Notes under the pieces: generated by a model
Databases searched by the model: none
Seen by the model: the letters and a program-made list of their open reading frames with translations, nothing else
Told to the model about the DNA's origin: nothing
Program-made: the position numbers and the translations under genes
Shown: positions 12,845-24,787 of the stretch, piece after piece
Layout of the letters: each line of letters starts with the position of its first letter
Position numbering within the stretch: the first letter of the stretch is position 1
DNA from: Malacoraja senta
Lineage: Eukaryota
NCBI GenBank assembly: GCA_038087875.1
Contig: CM075988.1
Location: forward strand, 17,610,001-17,674,000
DNA length: 64,000 nt
Direction: 5' to 3'

Positions 12845-13012
12845 CTTCTTATCGAGTCCACATCACAAGATTAGAAATTGTTCAGCCAGAGCTGAACACA
12901 CTTCTCGGCATCTGCATACAATTGCGTCTTGCACTTCTTGTGCTTCTTGTGCGTGGTGGTGGAAAGATTGGTGGAAACGGGGCCGTGACGTGAACGCTCT
13001 TTCCTTGACTCC
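12845..13012 (-). mobile_element. Short non-autonomous retroposon, family B, copy 1 (5' HDV-like ribozyme, AAG-type tail)
   Basis: 11-bp TSD TAATGGGTGGT at 12834-12844 and 13013-13023. A 159-bp stretch (12848-13006) is nearly identical to 42321-42479. The minus strand ends ...GATAAGAAG. Confidence 0.8.
12961..13012 (-). ncRNA. HDV-like ribozyme fold (degenerate)
   Basis: GGAGUC-AA-GGAAAGA-GCG-UUCACGU-CAC-GGCCCC-G-UUUCCA-CCAA-UCUUUCC, with one mismatch each in P1 and P3. Confidence 0.55.
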
Positions 13013-14147
13013 TAATGGGTGGTTGTGGAGGCAGATATGATAGTGCCATTCTTCTTGCAGTGCAGAAGCTGATTTAGGTATGAAAATGGATTTTGTTGAG
13101 CAGAATTGCGACATTTACTTTGTTTAAGGTTTTTAAGATTGGCAAATGGATTTTCAAGGAATGGGGGGGTGGGGTATAGATCACTTGCAGGCATGTGTGA
13201 TTAGTTCAGCTAGGCACCATGTTAGTCACAAACATTGTTCCTGGGCTGTACTGATCTATGGATAGTTTCATTAAATATTGTTATTATTTTCATTAAATAT
13301 TGTTCATCAACATAAAATTCAAAAGCAAAATACAGTAGGTGTAATTAATCGGAAATGAATCTGAAATTTCAGCTGTTCTTATTTTTATATCCTCTCAACA
13401 CATCTTTATTTCATTGGCCTATTTTCTCTCCCTCTTACCTTGTGCCTCTCCGTCATTGACAAGCTCTCCTGCAAGAGGATTTGAGGTCAAGAATTTGAGG
13501 TCAAGGATTTGAGGTCTTCACATTGTGTTTCTGATTTTTTTTATGTCTTTGAATCGAATTCTGTCTTTAATTTGTGTATTGGTGATGTCTTTATAACTTA
13601 TTTTACTCCGATTTATGTTTCTCTGTTATATTCTGTAAGGTGTCCTTGAGACTTTTGTATAGGCGCCCACAAATAAAATTTATTATTATTATTATTATTA
13701 TTAAGAATAGATAGAGAGCCCCGGTGATGCCGTAATTGGAATATTGCGTACAGTTGTGGTCATCCTCCCAAAAGGGGACATAATTATGATGGAGGGAAGG
13801 GATAGGAGATTCACCTAATTAACTCCATTGATGGCGCGTTTGTGACATGCGGAGAGATTTAGAGCTTCTGCACTTGCATTTAGAAGAACGACACAAGATT
13901 CCACTGATGTTAAAATAATTATGATGTGGTTTTGCAGGATAGAGTCTGGTGTTATGGTCACAGAATAGGGTAGTGGACCTTGTGTTTAAGAAGGAACTGC
14001 AGATGCTGGAAAAATCGAAGGTAGATAAAAATGCTGGAGAAACTCAGCATCTCTGGAGGCAGCATCACTGGAGCGAAGGAATAGGTGATGTTTCGGGTCG
14101 AGACCCTTCTTCAGGTAGTGGACCTTATTCAGGTTAGCAATTTATTT

Positions 14148-14437
14148 TGGTTTGGTTTAGTTTAGTGATACAATGCGGAAACTGGGCTTTCTCCCCGCCG
14201 ATCCCCGTACACTAGCACTATTCTACACACGAGGGACAATTTACAATCTTTACCAAAGCTAATTATCTTACGAGCCTGTACGTTTGGAGTGTGAGAGGAA
14301 ACCAGAGCATCCAGAGAAAACCAACGCAGTCATGGGGAGAACGTACAAACTCTGTACAGACAGCACCCGTAGTCAGGATAAAACCCGGGTCTCTGGCGCT
14401 GTAAGGCAGTAACTCTACCGCTGCGCCACCATGTGCT
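14148..14437 (-). mobile_element. V-SINE copy
   Basis: Reverse complement of the head, V-domain and tail architecture. Confidence 0.7.
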
Positions 14438-14869
14438 CCACAAGATTTATGACCCAGTTGTACCTGACCAATCAATTTATCGCTTCTTGTCTCGTATCTT
14501 TTCTCTCTCCCCTTCGCCCAGTCCCTTGAGCGGTGATGAGAAAAAAAAATGTAAGTGAGATGATGGAAAAGCTTTGAATTTCTCTACCCAAGGAGGTTGC
14601 AGTCTGCTCAGATACAATTTTTAAACCGTGCTGCTATTGTTGCACAGCATCCTACTGGGGTCCAACAGTGCTTTCTAGGGATGGATGTCATTCCACAAAC
14701 TATGTATCCAAGTATGCCTCAGCACCATTGCACTAACGGAGAAGGTTCTAATATGGGTTCCTTGTCAGTGCCTTCTAAACAAATTGATATTCTGGTGAAC
14801 TTCAAATTCTAGATGGTGAAGAAGGCAGTTAGCACACTAGCCTTCACCAATCAGGGCATTGAGGATAGA

Positions 14870-15325
14870 AGACACAAGAAACTGCAGGTGCTAGTTTATA
14901 AAGTGCTGGAGTAACTCAGCCACTCAGGCAGCATCTCTTCAGGATATGGACAGGCGACGTTTTGGGGCAGGCCAATTGTAGAAGGAGGGACATAGCTGGA
15001 AAAGAGGTGGGGGTGGGACAAAGCCTGGCAAGTGATAGGTAAATGCAGGTAAAGTGTGGGGGGGGGGTGGATTCAATAGGCAGATGAGTGTACAAAGGCT
15101 TGTGATGAAAAGGAGACAAAAGGATGTCAGATAAGGAGAGAAGAGGGGTGAAATGTAAAGCCAGACAGAGAGATATAGATGGAAGGGGACGGTGAGGAGG
15201 GGGAAAGGTGGGTGGTATGGTGCGATAGTGGGTGAAATTAGTATAGAAATTGGAGGAAATGCACCTCATATTCCGCTTGGGCAGTCTACATCCTGGGGGC
15301 ATGAACATTGAATTCTCCCAATTTT
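14870..15325 (-). mobile_element. Penelope-like element 3' fragment
   Basis: The end of the GIY-YIG ORF (HLIFRLGSLHPGGMNIEF) reads on the + strand at ~15260-15315. The adjoining purine-rich segment and terminal repeat are in minus orientation, so the arrangement is inverted. Confidence 0.55.
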
Positions 15326-15539
15326 GCTAGCCCTTGCTGTCTCCTCCCCATCCTCAGCCCTCAGGTTGTCTCCTCCCATCCCTCAGCCCTCGGGCTCCTC
15401 CTCCGCCTTTTTCCTTTCTTCTCCCCACCCCCTATCAGTCTGAAGAAGGGTTTCGGCCCGAAACGTTGCCTATTTCCTTCGCTCCATAGATGCTGCTGCA
15501 CCCGCTGAGTTTCTCCAGCATTTTTGTGTACCATAGAAT

Positions 15540-16025
15540 TTGTAATGTTATGTTGCAATTGCAGAAAATATTTATGAGGCTGCATTTGGAGTATTGTGTA
15601 CCGTTTTGGTCGCCCTACTATTGGAAGGACGCTATTAAGCTGGAAAGCTTTACAAGAATGTTGACTCGTGAAACTGGATTATGGGGAAAGGTTGGGCAGA
15701 TTAGGTTCCTTGAAGCACAGGATACTGAGGGGTGATCATATAGCGGTGAAATAACATCACGTGGAGCATAAATACGGTGAATGCACAGAGTCTTTTTCCC
15801 ATGATGGGAAATCAAGCTTGATGGTATAGGTTTAAAGTGAAATAGGAAAGATTTAATAGGTACCCCAGGGGACAAAATTTTCACATAGAGAGTGGCACGT
15901 ATATGGAATGAGCTGCCAGAGAAAGTGGTTGAGGCAGGTTCAATAACAACGTTTAAAAGACATTTAAGCAGGTACATGATAGGAAAGAATATGTCAAACA
16001 TTCACAAATGGGACTAGTTTAGATG
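15540..16025 (+). mobile_element. CR1-type LINE 3' fragment
   Basis: RLHLEYCVPFWSPYYWKDAIKLE remnant followed by the CR1 3' region. Confidence 0.65.
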
Positions 16026-16684
16026 GGAATCTCGATCAAGTTAAAATTAGAAAATGTACCAAGCTTTTCATCATCTACCTCAATATTTCCTTCAAAAAGG
16101 AATTATATTTTAAAAGTAGCTTATTGGGTGGATATTAAAATATCCAAACCTCCTGAGAGAATTTCTATTTTCTTCATGTAGAAAAAGGAATGGCACTATG
16201 TGTCAAACTATTTACAGTCAAAGATGGTGTGTGCAGAGGTCCAGAGTTACAAAATAACTGTATCTACCAAAAACTCAGCAAACCTTCCGATGATACTAGA
16301 AATAGCACAAGTCTAACTTTGTGAATTCCTAAAACTACTATAAAGATAGAACCCAATATTGCACTTCAGGTCAAATGACCTTTCATTTGTTCTGTTGACA
16401 TTAACCTGAAACACTAACTCTGATTTTCTCTCCTTTGACCTGCTGCGCATTTCAACCATTTTCTGTCTTCTTTATTTCAGGTTTTCACTCTCCTCGCTAT
16501 TTTTGCATTTTAATACAGGAAATCAAAACATGTATTAAAAAAAAGATATCTTAGCTCATTTAAAACGGAGAGATCATCTCCAAAGTATTTCATCAGGGTG
16601 ATTCTAAACTAACAAGGGGAACTCGTTATTCATCGCGAGTGAGGGAGGCATTACTATGTGTTGTATATTGCAGTAAAATCCACC

Positions 16685-16900
16685 ATGAAAACGACCACGA
16701 TGAGCTGCAGCATGGATCTGTACAGAGACAATGACGCCTATGCTTATCAACACATTAACTCTACGCCAACTAAGTACAAGGAGAACAGAAACCGTCGAAA
16801 CTCCATACCTCCAGCTCAAACTCCTAAAGGCAAGCATATGTTGGCATATCTCCCAAGGCTTGTGATGGATGCAGGTCGATATGGAACATTTTCAGTAATG
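16685..16900 (+). CDS. Kir3/GIRK-like channel, predicted coding exon 1 (72 aa)
   Basis: CCACCATG Kozak context, open frame, and a phase-0 donor ATG|GTTGGT compatible with the phase-0 acceptor at 19408. The assignment rests on splice-phase logic, not on recognised homology. Confidence 0.55.
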
Positions 16901-19408
16901 GTTGGTAAATCTACATGTAGTTGTTCCAGTTAAATGAGAAACAGTCCTAACCATTGAATAACCTACTGCATATGATAATTATTTTAACTCTGTTATAAAT
17001 TATTGGCTATTTGACAAATAGACAAATTTGACAATTAAGATGTGTAGTTTGATATAAAAACATTTTTCCTACTATCCCATGTTGGCCTGTTGAGTAATGA
17101 TGATGTAAGAATGTGATCGACATATTTGAAAGGAATGGAGATTGAGCAGTAAAGTGGAATTGCTGAAGAAATTCAACCAATATCACCAACTTCAAAGCAG
17201 TGTCAATAAGATTACTACCATTCATGCATGTATTTCTGATGTTATTATCCGTTTAGAAAACTTATGCTCAACTATTTCTAAATTGGTTGCTCTAATCCAG
17301 GATCACAAATTAGGTTTTACAATTGGTGGCAATAAAACTGGCAGTGCAGTAGTAAGTACAATTTCTGATGTTCTTATGTGTGTTTACACTCGTAATCTAA
17401 ATTTAATACCTCCATCGCCCTATGAACTTTCTTACTGTTGGACTACAAATTGGGTTGGCTGCCCAACTTGCCATTAAACAGCAGCAGACTAGGATATGGA
17501 TAGGTCTCTTGAAAAAATACAGCTGAATTGGGGACATGAAACAGCCTTTGCTTGATTTATAGAATGGATACAATCCTGGTAAAGTGAAACTTTTACGTAA
17601 AGTGAAATTTCAGAAATCCCTAAGGCTGGGTGAGATGTATTAGGAGTATTTTGACACTGTGTATTTGTATAGGCAGAGCAGTGCACTATTTGCTGTTGTG
17701 AAACATAGCTTTGTAAATCAAAAATACCTAGCCCAAGAATCAATGGCGCTGCCATGAAAATTTGCAAATCTATGTTTACCAAATTTTTAAAAACCTGGTA
17801 CGGTTCTTTAAAAGATGTAAAGTTTCGACAGAAAGGATATAAGGAAACTTTTCCACTTGAGCACAAGGGCTATTACCAGTGGCCAAGGTTAGGAGGCAGT
17901 TCAGAATCCAAAAAGTCAACTTCAACAAATGAAAAATTCACTATCACAGCGAGTGGTTAAAGTGAATAACACAGTTATATTCATGGAAAGGAAAGAGAAG
18001 TATTTGTGGAGAATAGAATAGAGGCTTGTGCTGATAAAGTGGAGACATGGGGAACTGCAGATACACCATGTAAACCTCCCATCACTTCTGCCCAATTATG
18101 CTGATAAAATGGAGACAAGGAACAGCAGATCGTGATTTAGAAATAAAAGACACAAAGTTCTGGACTAACTTAGCGGGTCATGCAGCATCTGTGATGGGAT
18201 TGGATTGCCGATGTTTCAGGTTGGGACACTTCATCGCTTGTCCATGTCCTCTATGTGTTACCTGACTCGCTGACTTAAATCCAGAACTTTGTGTTCTTTA
18301 TTTTCTTATGCTGATAAAATTGGACAGAAATGGAGTGAGATATGAGTAGAGCAGAAATGGCAGCACAAAATTGTTGGGACAAATAACCCAATTCTATGCC
18401 AATCAATTCAGTGTAATCCTGTATAATCCTGTACTACACTGCTCTGAAAGATGACATGAAAGAGGAGCTTCTGAGCTCATAAAGAGAGCTACTGATTTAT
18501 AGTTGCCCATTTTGCTTTACCTTCAGCATCCTCAATCACCCCCAAAATGACTTTACAGGTTAGAGTTATTGCACAGCATTTGAACTGACATAAAATATTA
18601 GAATCAACAGTAGATTGGTCAATAGGAGAACTATATCATAGGTGATTGATCACATATTGGACAATTAAAGTTAACTGGCCATTGCAAATTGCCCTCAACA
18701 CATTGGCGACTGATGGAACTTTGGGGGATGTGACAGGAATGAGGAGAGAATTAAATAGGATTAGTGTAAATTGGTGCTTGATGGTCAGACTGGACCAGGT
18801 GGGCTGAAGGGCCTGTGTACATTCTATATTTTGTATGATTCTACTAACTGCTCCATATAGTTCATGTTAATTCAATGGCTTTTCTATATGGGAGCTAGAT
18901 TCAGACAGAACTATGTGGGATCAGCAATATAACATACCTGCTGCATCTATGTGTGGCCATTAATTGTTTGTTTTTTATCCCATCCTCCCTCTAGCGATAG
19001 TTGCATGTAACTGACTATTGTTACAACAGTGAGTCAGAAAGTTCCTGAAAATTGCTATAAGAAAACAACTTTAATGTTGCCTGCTAATGTTTCATGAAGT
19101 CCACACCTAAATTGATTAATAAGTATTTTTCATATCTCAAAGAGTGAATATGGGATGAACGTGGTGTCAGAAGTTCTAGTTAATAAAATTAATGGGTTGG
19201 CAGTCTCTCCCTCTGGAAAGATCCATGCTTGATGGTTGGCGTGAACTTGGTAGGACGAAGGTGATTATCATAAGTAATTGATCATATATTGGTCAATTTC
19301 CACCAGTATTTCAGGTCAAATTTACCTCAAAATTTTTTTTTGTTAGTTAGTAGTGGAGAACAATTTTTAAGGCAAACTACAAATATTTCAATAATTTCTC
19401 TCATGCAG

Positions 19409-20660
19409 TCAGAAACCAAGTTGATACCCGCGATAGAAGAAACGGCACAATCTCCACAATGTAGGAATTCAGCAGCTTCAGGGAGAATGAGCAACATTTC
19501 AAACTTAGACTACAACGACTGTGAAGCCCATACAACCAACAGTGCTTCAGCTCTCCTCCATATTTCCAGTCCAGATATGAACTGGCAGTCACCTGCACCC
19601 AACCCAGCTGTAAAGCCCAGGTTGCGTGCACCCAGCGATGTGGATGAACGTTACAAACGTCATCGAATATTACCCAGAGAGAAAATGGTGCCGGATATCA
19701 ACTCCAAGTGGTTCCTACCACATGCTGGCAGTCTACCCAACCTCCCAAATCATAACCGCAATCTTCGACCTTCAACAAGAAATTTCTCAACCGTTCCCAC
19801 ATCACCAAACCAGCGTTGTAAACTGATAGATGACACCAGGCAACTCTTCAATATTTCAAATCAACAGAAGCGACAACGATACGTAATGAAAGATGGCAAA
19901 TGCCAAGTGAATCTTGGTTACATTCAAGAAAAGCAGAGATTCCTGTTGGACTTTTTCACCACAATAGTGGACCTGAAGTATCGCTGGTTCATCGTAGTCT
20001 TCTCAATGTGTTACCTTGTGACCTGGATGACCTTTGGAACTCTTTACTTCTTAGTCGCTTACTTTAGAAATGATATCAATCATGTGGGGGAAGTGAATTG
20101 GAAACCTTGCTTCAATAACGTGGATGGCTTTGTCTCTGCCTTGCTGCTCTCTATTGAAAGTCAAAGGACAATTGGTTATGGCTCTCGCATGGTGACTTCA
20201 AATTGTGCAGAAGGGGTCATTTTACTGATAGCTCAGTGCATCGTTGGCTCCATGATCGACGCCATGATGGTGGGCTGCGTGTTTGTGAAGATCTCACGGC
20301 CCAAGAAGCGAGCCGAGACTCTGAAATTCAGCAAGTATGCTGTGGTATCACCCAGAGATGAGTGCTTTTGCCTGATGTTCAGGGTTGGTGACTTACGGGA
20401 CAGCCACATGGTTGACGCAAAGCTAAGAGCCAAGCTCATCAAATCCAGGCAAACAAAAGAAGGTGAATTCATACCTCTGGAGCAGACAGAAATTAATCTT
20501 GGCTACGACACAGGGAAAGACCGACTCTTCCTGGTGGAACCACAGACCATAACCCATAATATAAATGACAGCAGTCCTTTCTGGGAAATGTCTGCAGACT
20601 CCTTGAAGAGAGAACAGTTTGAAATCATTGTGATCCTGGAAGGCATCGTTGAATCTACAG
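19409..20660 (+). CDS. G protein-gated inward rectifier K+ channel (Kir3/KCNJ family), main coding exon
   Basis: [23 protein letters not shown], pore [40 protein letters not shown] and [15 protein letters not shown]. Acceptor TTTCTCTCATGCAG (an in-frame ATG at 19403 is an alternative start). Phase-1 donor G|GTTAGT at 20661. Confidence 0.93.
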
Positions 20661-21069
20661 GTTAGTTACACTCTCCCTCTTGACTGCTTCATATACAATG
20701 TGTCGCACAGCATGGTGCATATTTGAGCATACATTTTTGGAGTTTATCTTGCAAGGGGAATAGGTCGTAAGTGCATTTGAGAAAAAAACCTGACCTTTTG
20801 AGTCACTTTGAGCCCATTTTAGCATCGAGTAAGGTCAGAATTGATCTTCTGCCTCAACTCCATTTGCCTGCCCTCTTCCCAAATCCCCTGATTGTTTTAC
20901 TGTTCGATACTCTCAGGAGTCTAATCCTGCATTGCCCATTTTATATCATTGTCTTAGCAAAACGTACCTCCTGTGGTTCGAGAGGGTGGAGAAGAACAAT
21001 TGTTAAGTCAAAAATAAAGGAGTAAGGAAATACAATTGTGATTATTTTGGCCTGGGTAGGTTGAGGTTT

Positions 21070-21460
21070 AGGCTTATTATTGTCATGGGAATAAAGGCAG
21101 ACTCAAGAACAATAGGTAGAGGAAAGGGAAAGATACACAGGGTAGATATACTTCACAGCATAATAGCACAAGAGTTCCAGAGACAAAATCCAATGTCTGC
21201 AATAAGATAGAGGAGAATTGAATTGTACTCCAGCTTATGGAATGACTGCTCACAAGCCTGATAACAGATGGAAAGTTGTTTCTGAATCTTGCATTGCTTG
21301 CTTTCAACCTTCTGTATCTTCTGCCCAATAGGAGTGGGGAGAAAACCTGGGTGGGAAAGGTCTCGTTTTATGTTGGCTGCTTTCCCGAAGAAGCATGGAG
21401 TGTAGATGAAGTCAATGGTGGAGAGTCTGGACTGTGGGATAGATTGGTGTACTGTGTGCA
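21070..21460 (-). mobile_element. Rex1/Babar-like LINE 3' remnant in channel intron
   Basis: The minus strand encodes GKAANI...SHPG..P.P.GRRYRRLKA...RFRN.F.SVIRL, the same C-terminus as the 44211-45450 element. Confidence 0.55.
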
Positions 21461-22252
21461 CCTTTAGACAAGGAAGGACTAGGGAAAGGGAAATGCAACT
21501 AGATTGATTCGGATAATGAGTATGCTGTGGCCTGCTAATATATTGAGAAAACCCACCATTTATTGTTTGGAGTTTATAAAGTTCAGAGCGATCTCCAAAA
21601 GCTCCGAGTGACCAATGATCTATCAATCTCAATATCACATCGAATCATCCACAGACCAGTTCTAGACTTTGGGGATATAAAATTCCAAGGACTCACAACA
21701 TTCTGAGTGAAAAAAATTCTCTTCATGTTTGTACCAAATAGCCAACACCTCATCTTGAAATGATGACCCCTTTTGTCTAAACTTTCAAGCTAGTAGAAAG
21801 TAATTCACACTATTTACTATGTTAAGTGTTTTAAGAATTTTTATTTAATTCAATATGAGCACTTCTCATTCCTCTGGAAATTAGAGACTACGTCTACTCA
21901 ATGTATCTTTACGTTAGTGCTTGTTACACCATAGAAACCAATGCATTCCCCCAAAGGCCAGTAGGTCATTATTTAGGTAAACTGGCTAAAATTGCATCCA
22001 TTACTCAAGATACGAAATCACCAAAGTCTTAAATAATTCAAACAATGTGTCTTTAGTTTTGTACTGTATCCCTATTGCATTATTAGTGGCCGAGCCCATT
22101 AGAATTTAACATAATACATGTGAATAATTAAATGGATCTTCGATAGATGATGGACCAGGTAATTGAATGATGGAGCATGATCAGGGGGGGGGGGGGGAAC
22201 GCTGCGATGGTGTGATTGGAGGGATGGCTCTTTACTTTGTGTTTCCTTACAG

Positions 22253-22545
22253 GAATGACCTGCCAAGCTAGGACATCTTACAAAGAAGATGAGATTCTTT
22301 GGGGTCATCGCTTTGAGTCTTGCATTTCCTTGGAGAAAGGTGCGTTCCGAGTTGACTATAAAAAATTTGACATGACATTCGAGGTCCAGATGCCACCAGG
22401 CAGTGCAAAGGCTATACAGCAGGCTAAAGAAATAGAGACAAATTACCTGTCCACAATCAATCTATACTGGGATAATATAAATCATTCCTGTGCCAAAGAA
22501 CAGGGACATAATTATACTGGAAATCACAGGATTGCAGAAGAGTAA
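22253..22545 (+). CDS. Kir3/GIRK-like channel, last coding exon
   Basis: Acceptor TTTCCTTACAG, then (G)[20 protein letters not shown]...F..TFEV, ending at TAA. The intron falls in the TG|MT position typical of Kir3 genes. The three-exon model gives 586 aa. Confidence 0.92.
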
Positions 22546-23139
22546 TGCAGAGATTCTGGAGAATGAAGAAAGAATGTAATTTCTTGTGTTCAACAAAAAT
22601 GCCATTTTTAACTCAAGGTATAAAAATGCTTAAAACCTATTGAGGCAAAAGTAACTAATGTGACATTATTATATTGGAAAGAAATGGATCGGAAAAGTAC
22701 ACTGAGCTAAATGAAGCTAATCAAATATTTCATGTTTCTATGTTGCAGAACAGATATATATTTTCAAAACTACAGCCTGTGGAAGGCAATGGTCCAGAGT
22801 TTAAAAATCAGTAATTCTGTTGAGTAGTTATCTTGAGTTTTCGTGAGGAACATTCATTTGACCAGAAATTTCCTTCAGGAGGTTCAATTGCAGAGACAGA
22901 TTGAAGTGTTTGAAAAATTGCCAGGCCAAATTGGCCAACAAATTTACAGATCACAAGTTGTTCACTGTTTCTCAGTCGTTGCTGTCTTACATTTCAATTT
23001 TTCTTCCCTGAGTGGTCCCTACATTGTCCCTTCCCTCAGGGAGGTACTGTATTCAATTTATCATAGCTTTCAAGAGTTGATTTCATCAAGCATTAAGCTC
23101 TATCTTTAGTTTGCAGTTTTCCTGGTTCATAATGAACAA

Positions 23140-23375
23140 GGGGTTGGTACCATTGGAGCAGCAGCCAGAATTCTGGACTATTGATCCAAGGACATGGGCT
23201 TGAATCCTACCATGTAGCAGGGCAGTTTGAATTCAAGCAATTGGGTCAAACTGGATTTTAATTTAGAAAAGTTAGTTTGAGCAACAGTAATCGTGATTTG
23301 GAATTTTCATATAAACCAATCTAGATCACCAAGGTTCTTCACGATAAAGAAGAATCCCCTTCAATCTGGCTCTCA
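23140..23375 (+). mobile_element. Old Deu-domain SINE remnant (SacSINE1-like); related pieces at ~27225-27305 and ~37050-37320
   Basis: A tRNA-like head and a degenerate Deu-domain-like segment (...GGAAGGAAATCTGC..TCCTTACC..GTCTGGC is clearest at 27240-27280). Confidence 0.4.
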
Positions 23376-23778
23376 CCACATTGTTGCAATTACAGCTTCA
23401 TCTATATGACATTGGCACAGATGAACACATCCTGTGAACAAATGAAAACTGGGGAATATATTACGTAACTCATAAGTACGTGAGCTTCCTAGAAAGGATA
23501 GTAAAGTTGATTTTCCGTATGGGGTAAAGGAATGGGGTGGAAAGATGGGGAATAAAGAATTTATTGATTTGGAGATCACTCATGTTCTATTGCTGTGGAG
23601 TGGAGCACTGGTGAATCTTTTGTCTACCCTCATTTTATGCAAAGTTTGGTCTGAGCTCAGAGATTTGCCTTGTTCTCCTTAAAGGCTCTCAGAGGGGGCT
23701 GATGTGATATTCGGACTGGTGGTTCAGGATGGGCACTAATGAGGCAATGCAGGGTTTTATGACCACCTGGATGAAGCA

Positions 23779-24787
23779 AGTATCTAGACTACACTTCTTC
23801 CCACCCTGCTTCCTGTAAAGACTCTATCCCCTACTCCCAATCCCTCCGTCTACGCCGCATCTGCACCCAGGATGAGGTTTTCCTTAATATATCATCCGAG
23901 ATGTCCTCATTCTTTAGGAAACGGGGGTTCCCTTTTTCCATTATAGATGAGGTTCTCACTAGGGTCTCCTCGATATCCCGCAGCTCCGCTCTTGCTCCCC
24001 CTCCCCCCATTCGCAACAAGGACAGAGTCACCCTTGTCCTCAATTTCCACCCCATCAGCTGTTGCATACAGCACTTTCGCCACCTCCAACGGGATCCCAC
24101 TACTAGCCACATCTTCCCATCTACACCTCTTTCTGCGCAAAGCGTTCCCTCCGGAACTCTAGGGTCAACTCATCCCCCACCCCGGTACTTTCCCCTGCAA
24201 CCACAGGAGATGCAACATCTGTCCCTTTATCTCCCCCCTCGACTCTATCCAAGGGCCCCGACAGTCTTTTCAGGTGAGGCAGAGGTTCACTTGCACATCC
24301 TCCAACCTCATCTACTGTATCCGCTGTTCCTTTACATCGGCGAGACCAAGCTCAGGCTCGGCGATTATTTCGCTGAACACCTCCGCTCAGTCTGCTAAAC
24401 CTACCTGATCTCCCGGTTGCTCAGCACTTTAACTCCCCCTCCCATTCCCAATCTGACCTTTCTGTCCCGGGCCTCCTCCATTGTCAGAGTGAGGTCCAGC
24501 GCAAATTGGAAGAACAGCACCTCATATTTCACGTGGGTAACTTCCACCCCAGTGGTATGAACCTTGACTTCTCTAACTTCAAATAGCCCTTGCTTTCCCA
24601 CTCTCTCCATCCCCTCCCCCTTCCCAGTTCTCCCACCAGTCTTACTGTCTCCGATTACATTCTACCTCTGTCCCGCCCACTCCCGACATCAGTCTGAAGA
24701 AGGGTCTCGACCCGAAACGTCACCCATTCTTTCTCTCCAGGGATGCTGCCTGTCCCGCTGAGTTACTCCAGCATTTTGTGTCTACCT
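23779..24787 (+). mobile_element. Penelope-like retroelement, 5'-truncated, with GIY-YIG endonuclease remnant and terminal repeat
   Basis: SHPASCKDSIPYSQSLRLRRIC, FFRKRGFP, CTSSNLIYCI and LYIGETKLRLGDYFAEHLRSV across frameshifts. 11-bp TSD TGGATGAAGCA at 23768-23778 and 24788-24798. Confidence 0.85.

Noticed and set aside
19289..19402. N-terminal extension of the 458-aa ORF
   Set aside because: Non-ATG start and AT-rich intron-like sequence upstream of the splice acceptor at 19408.
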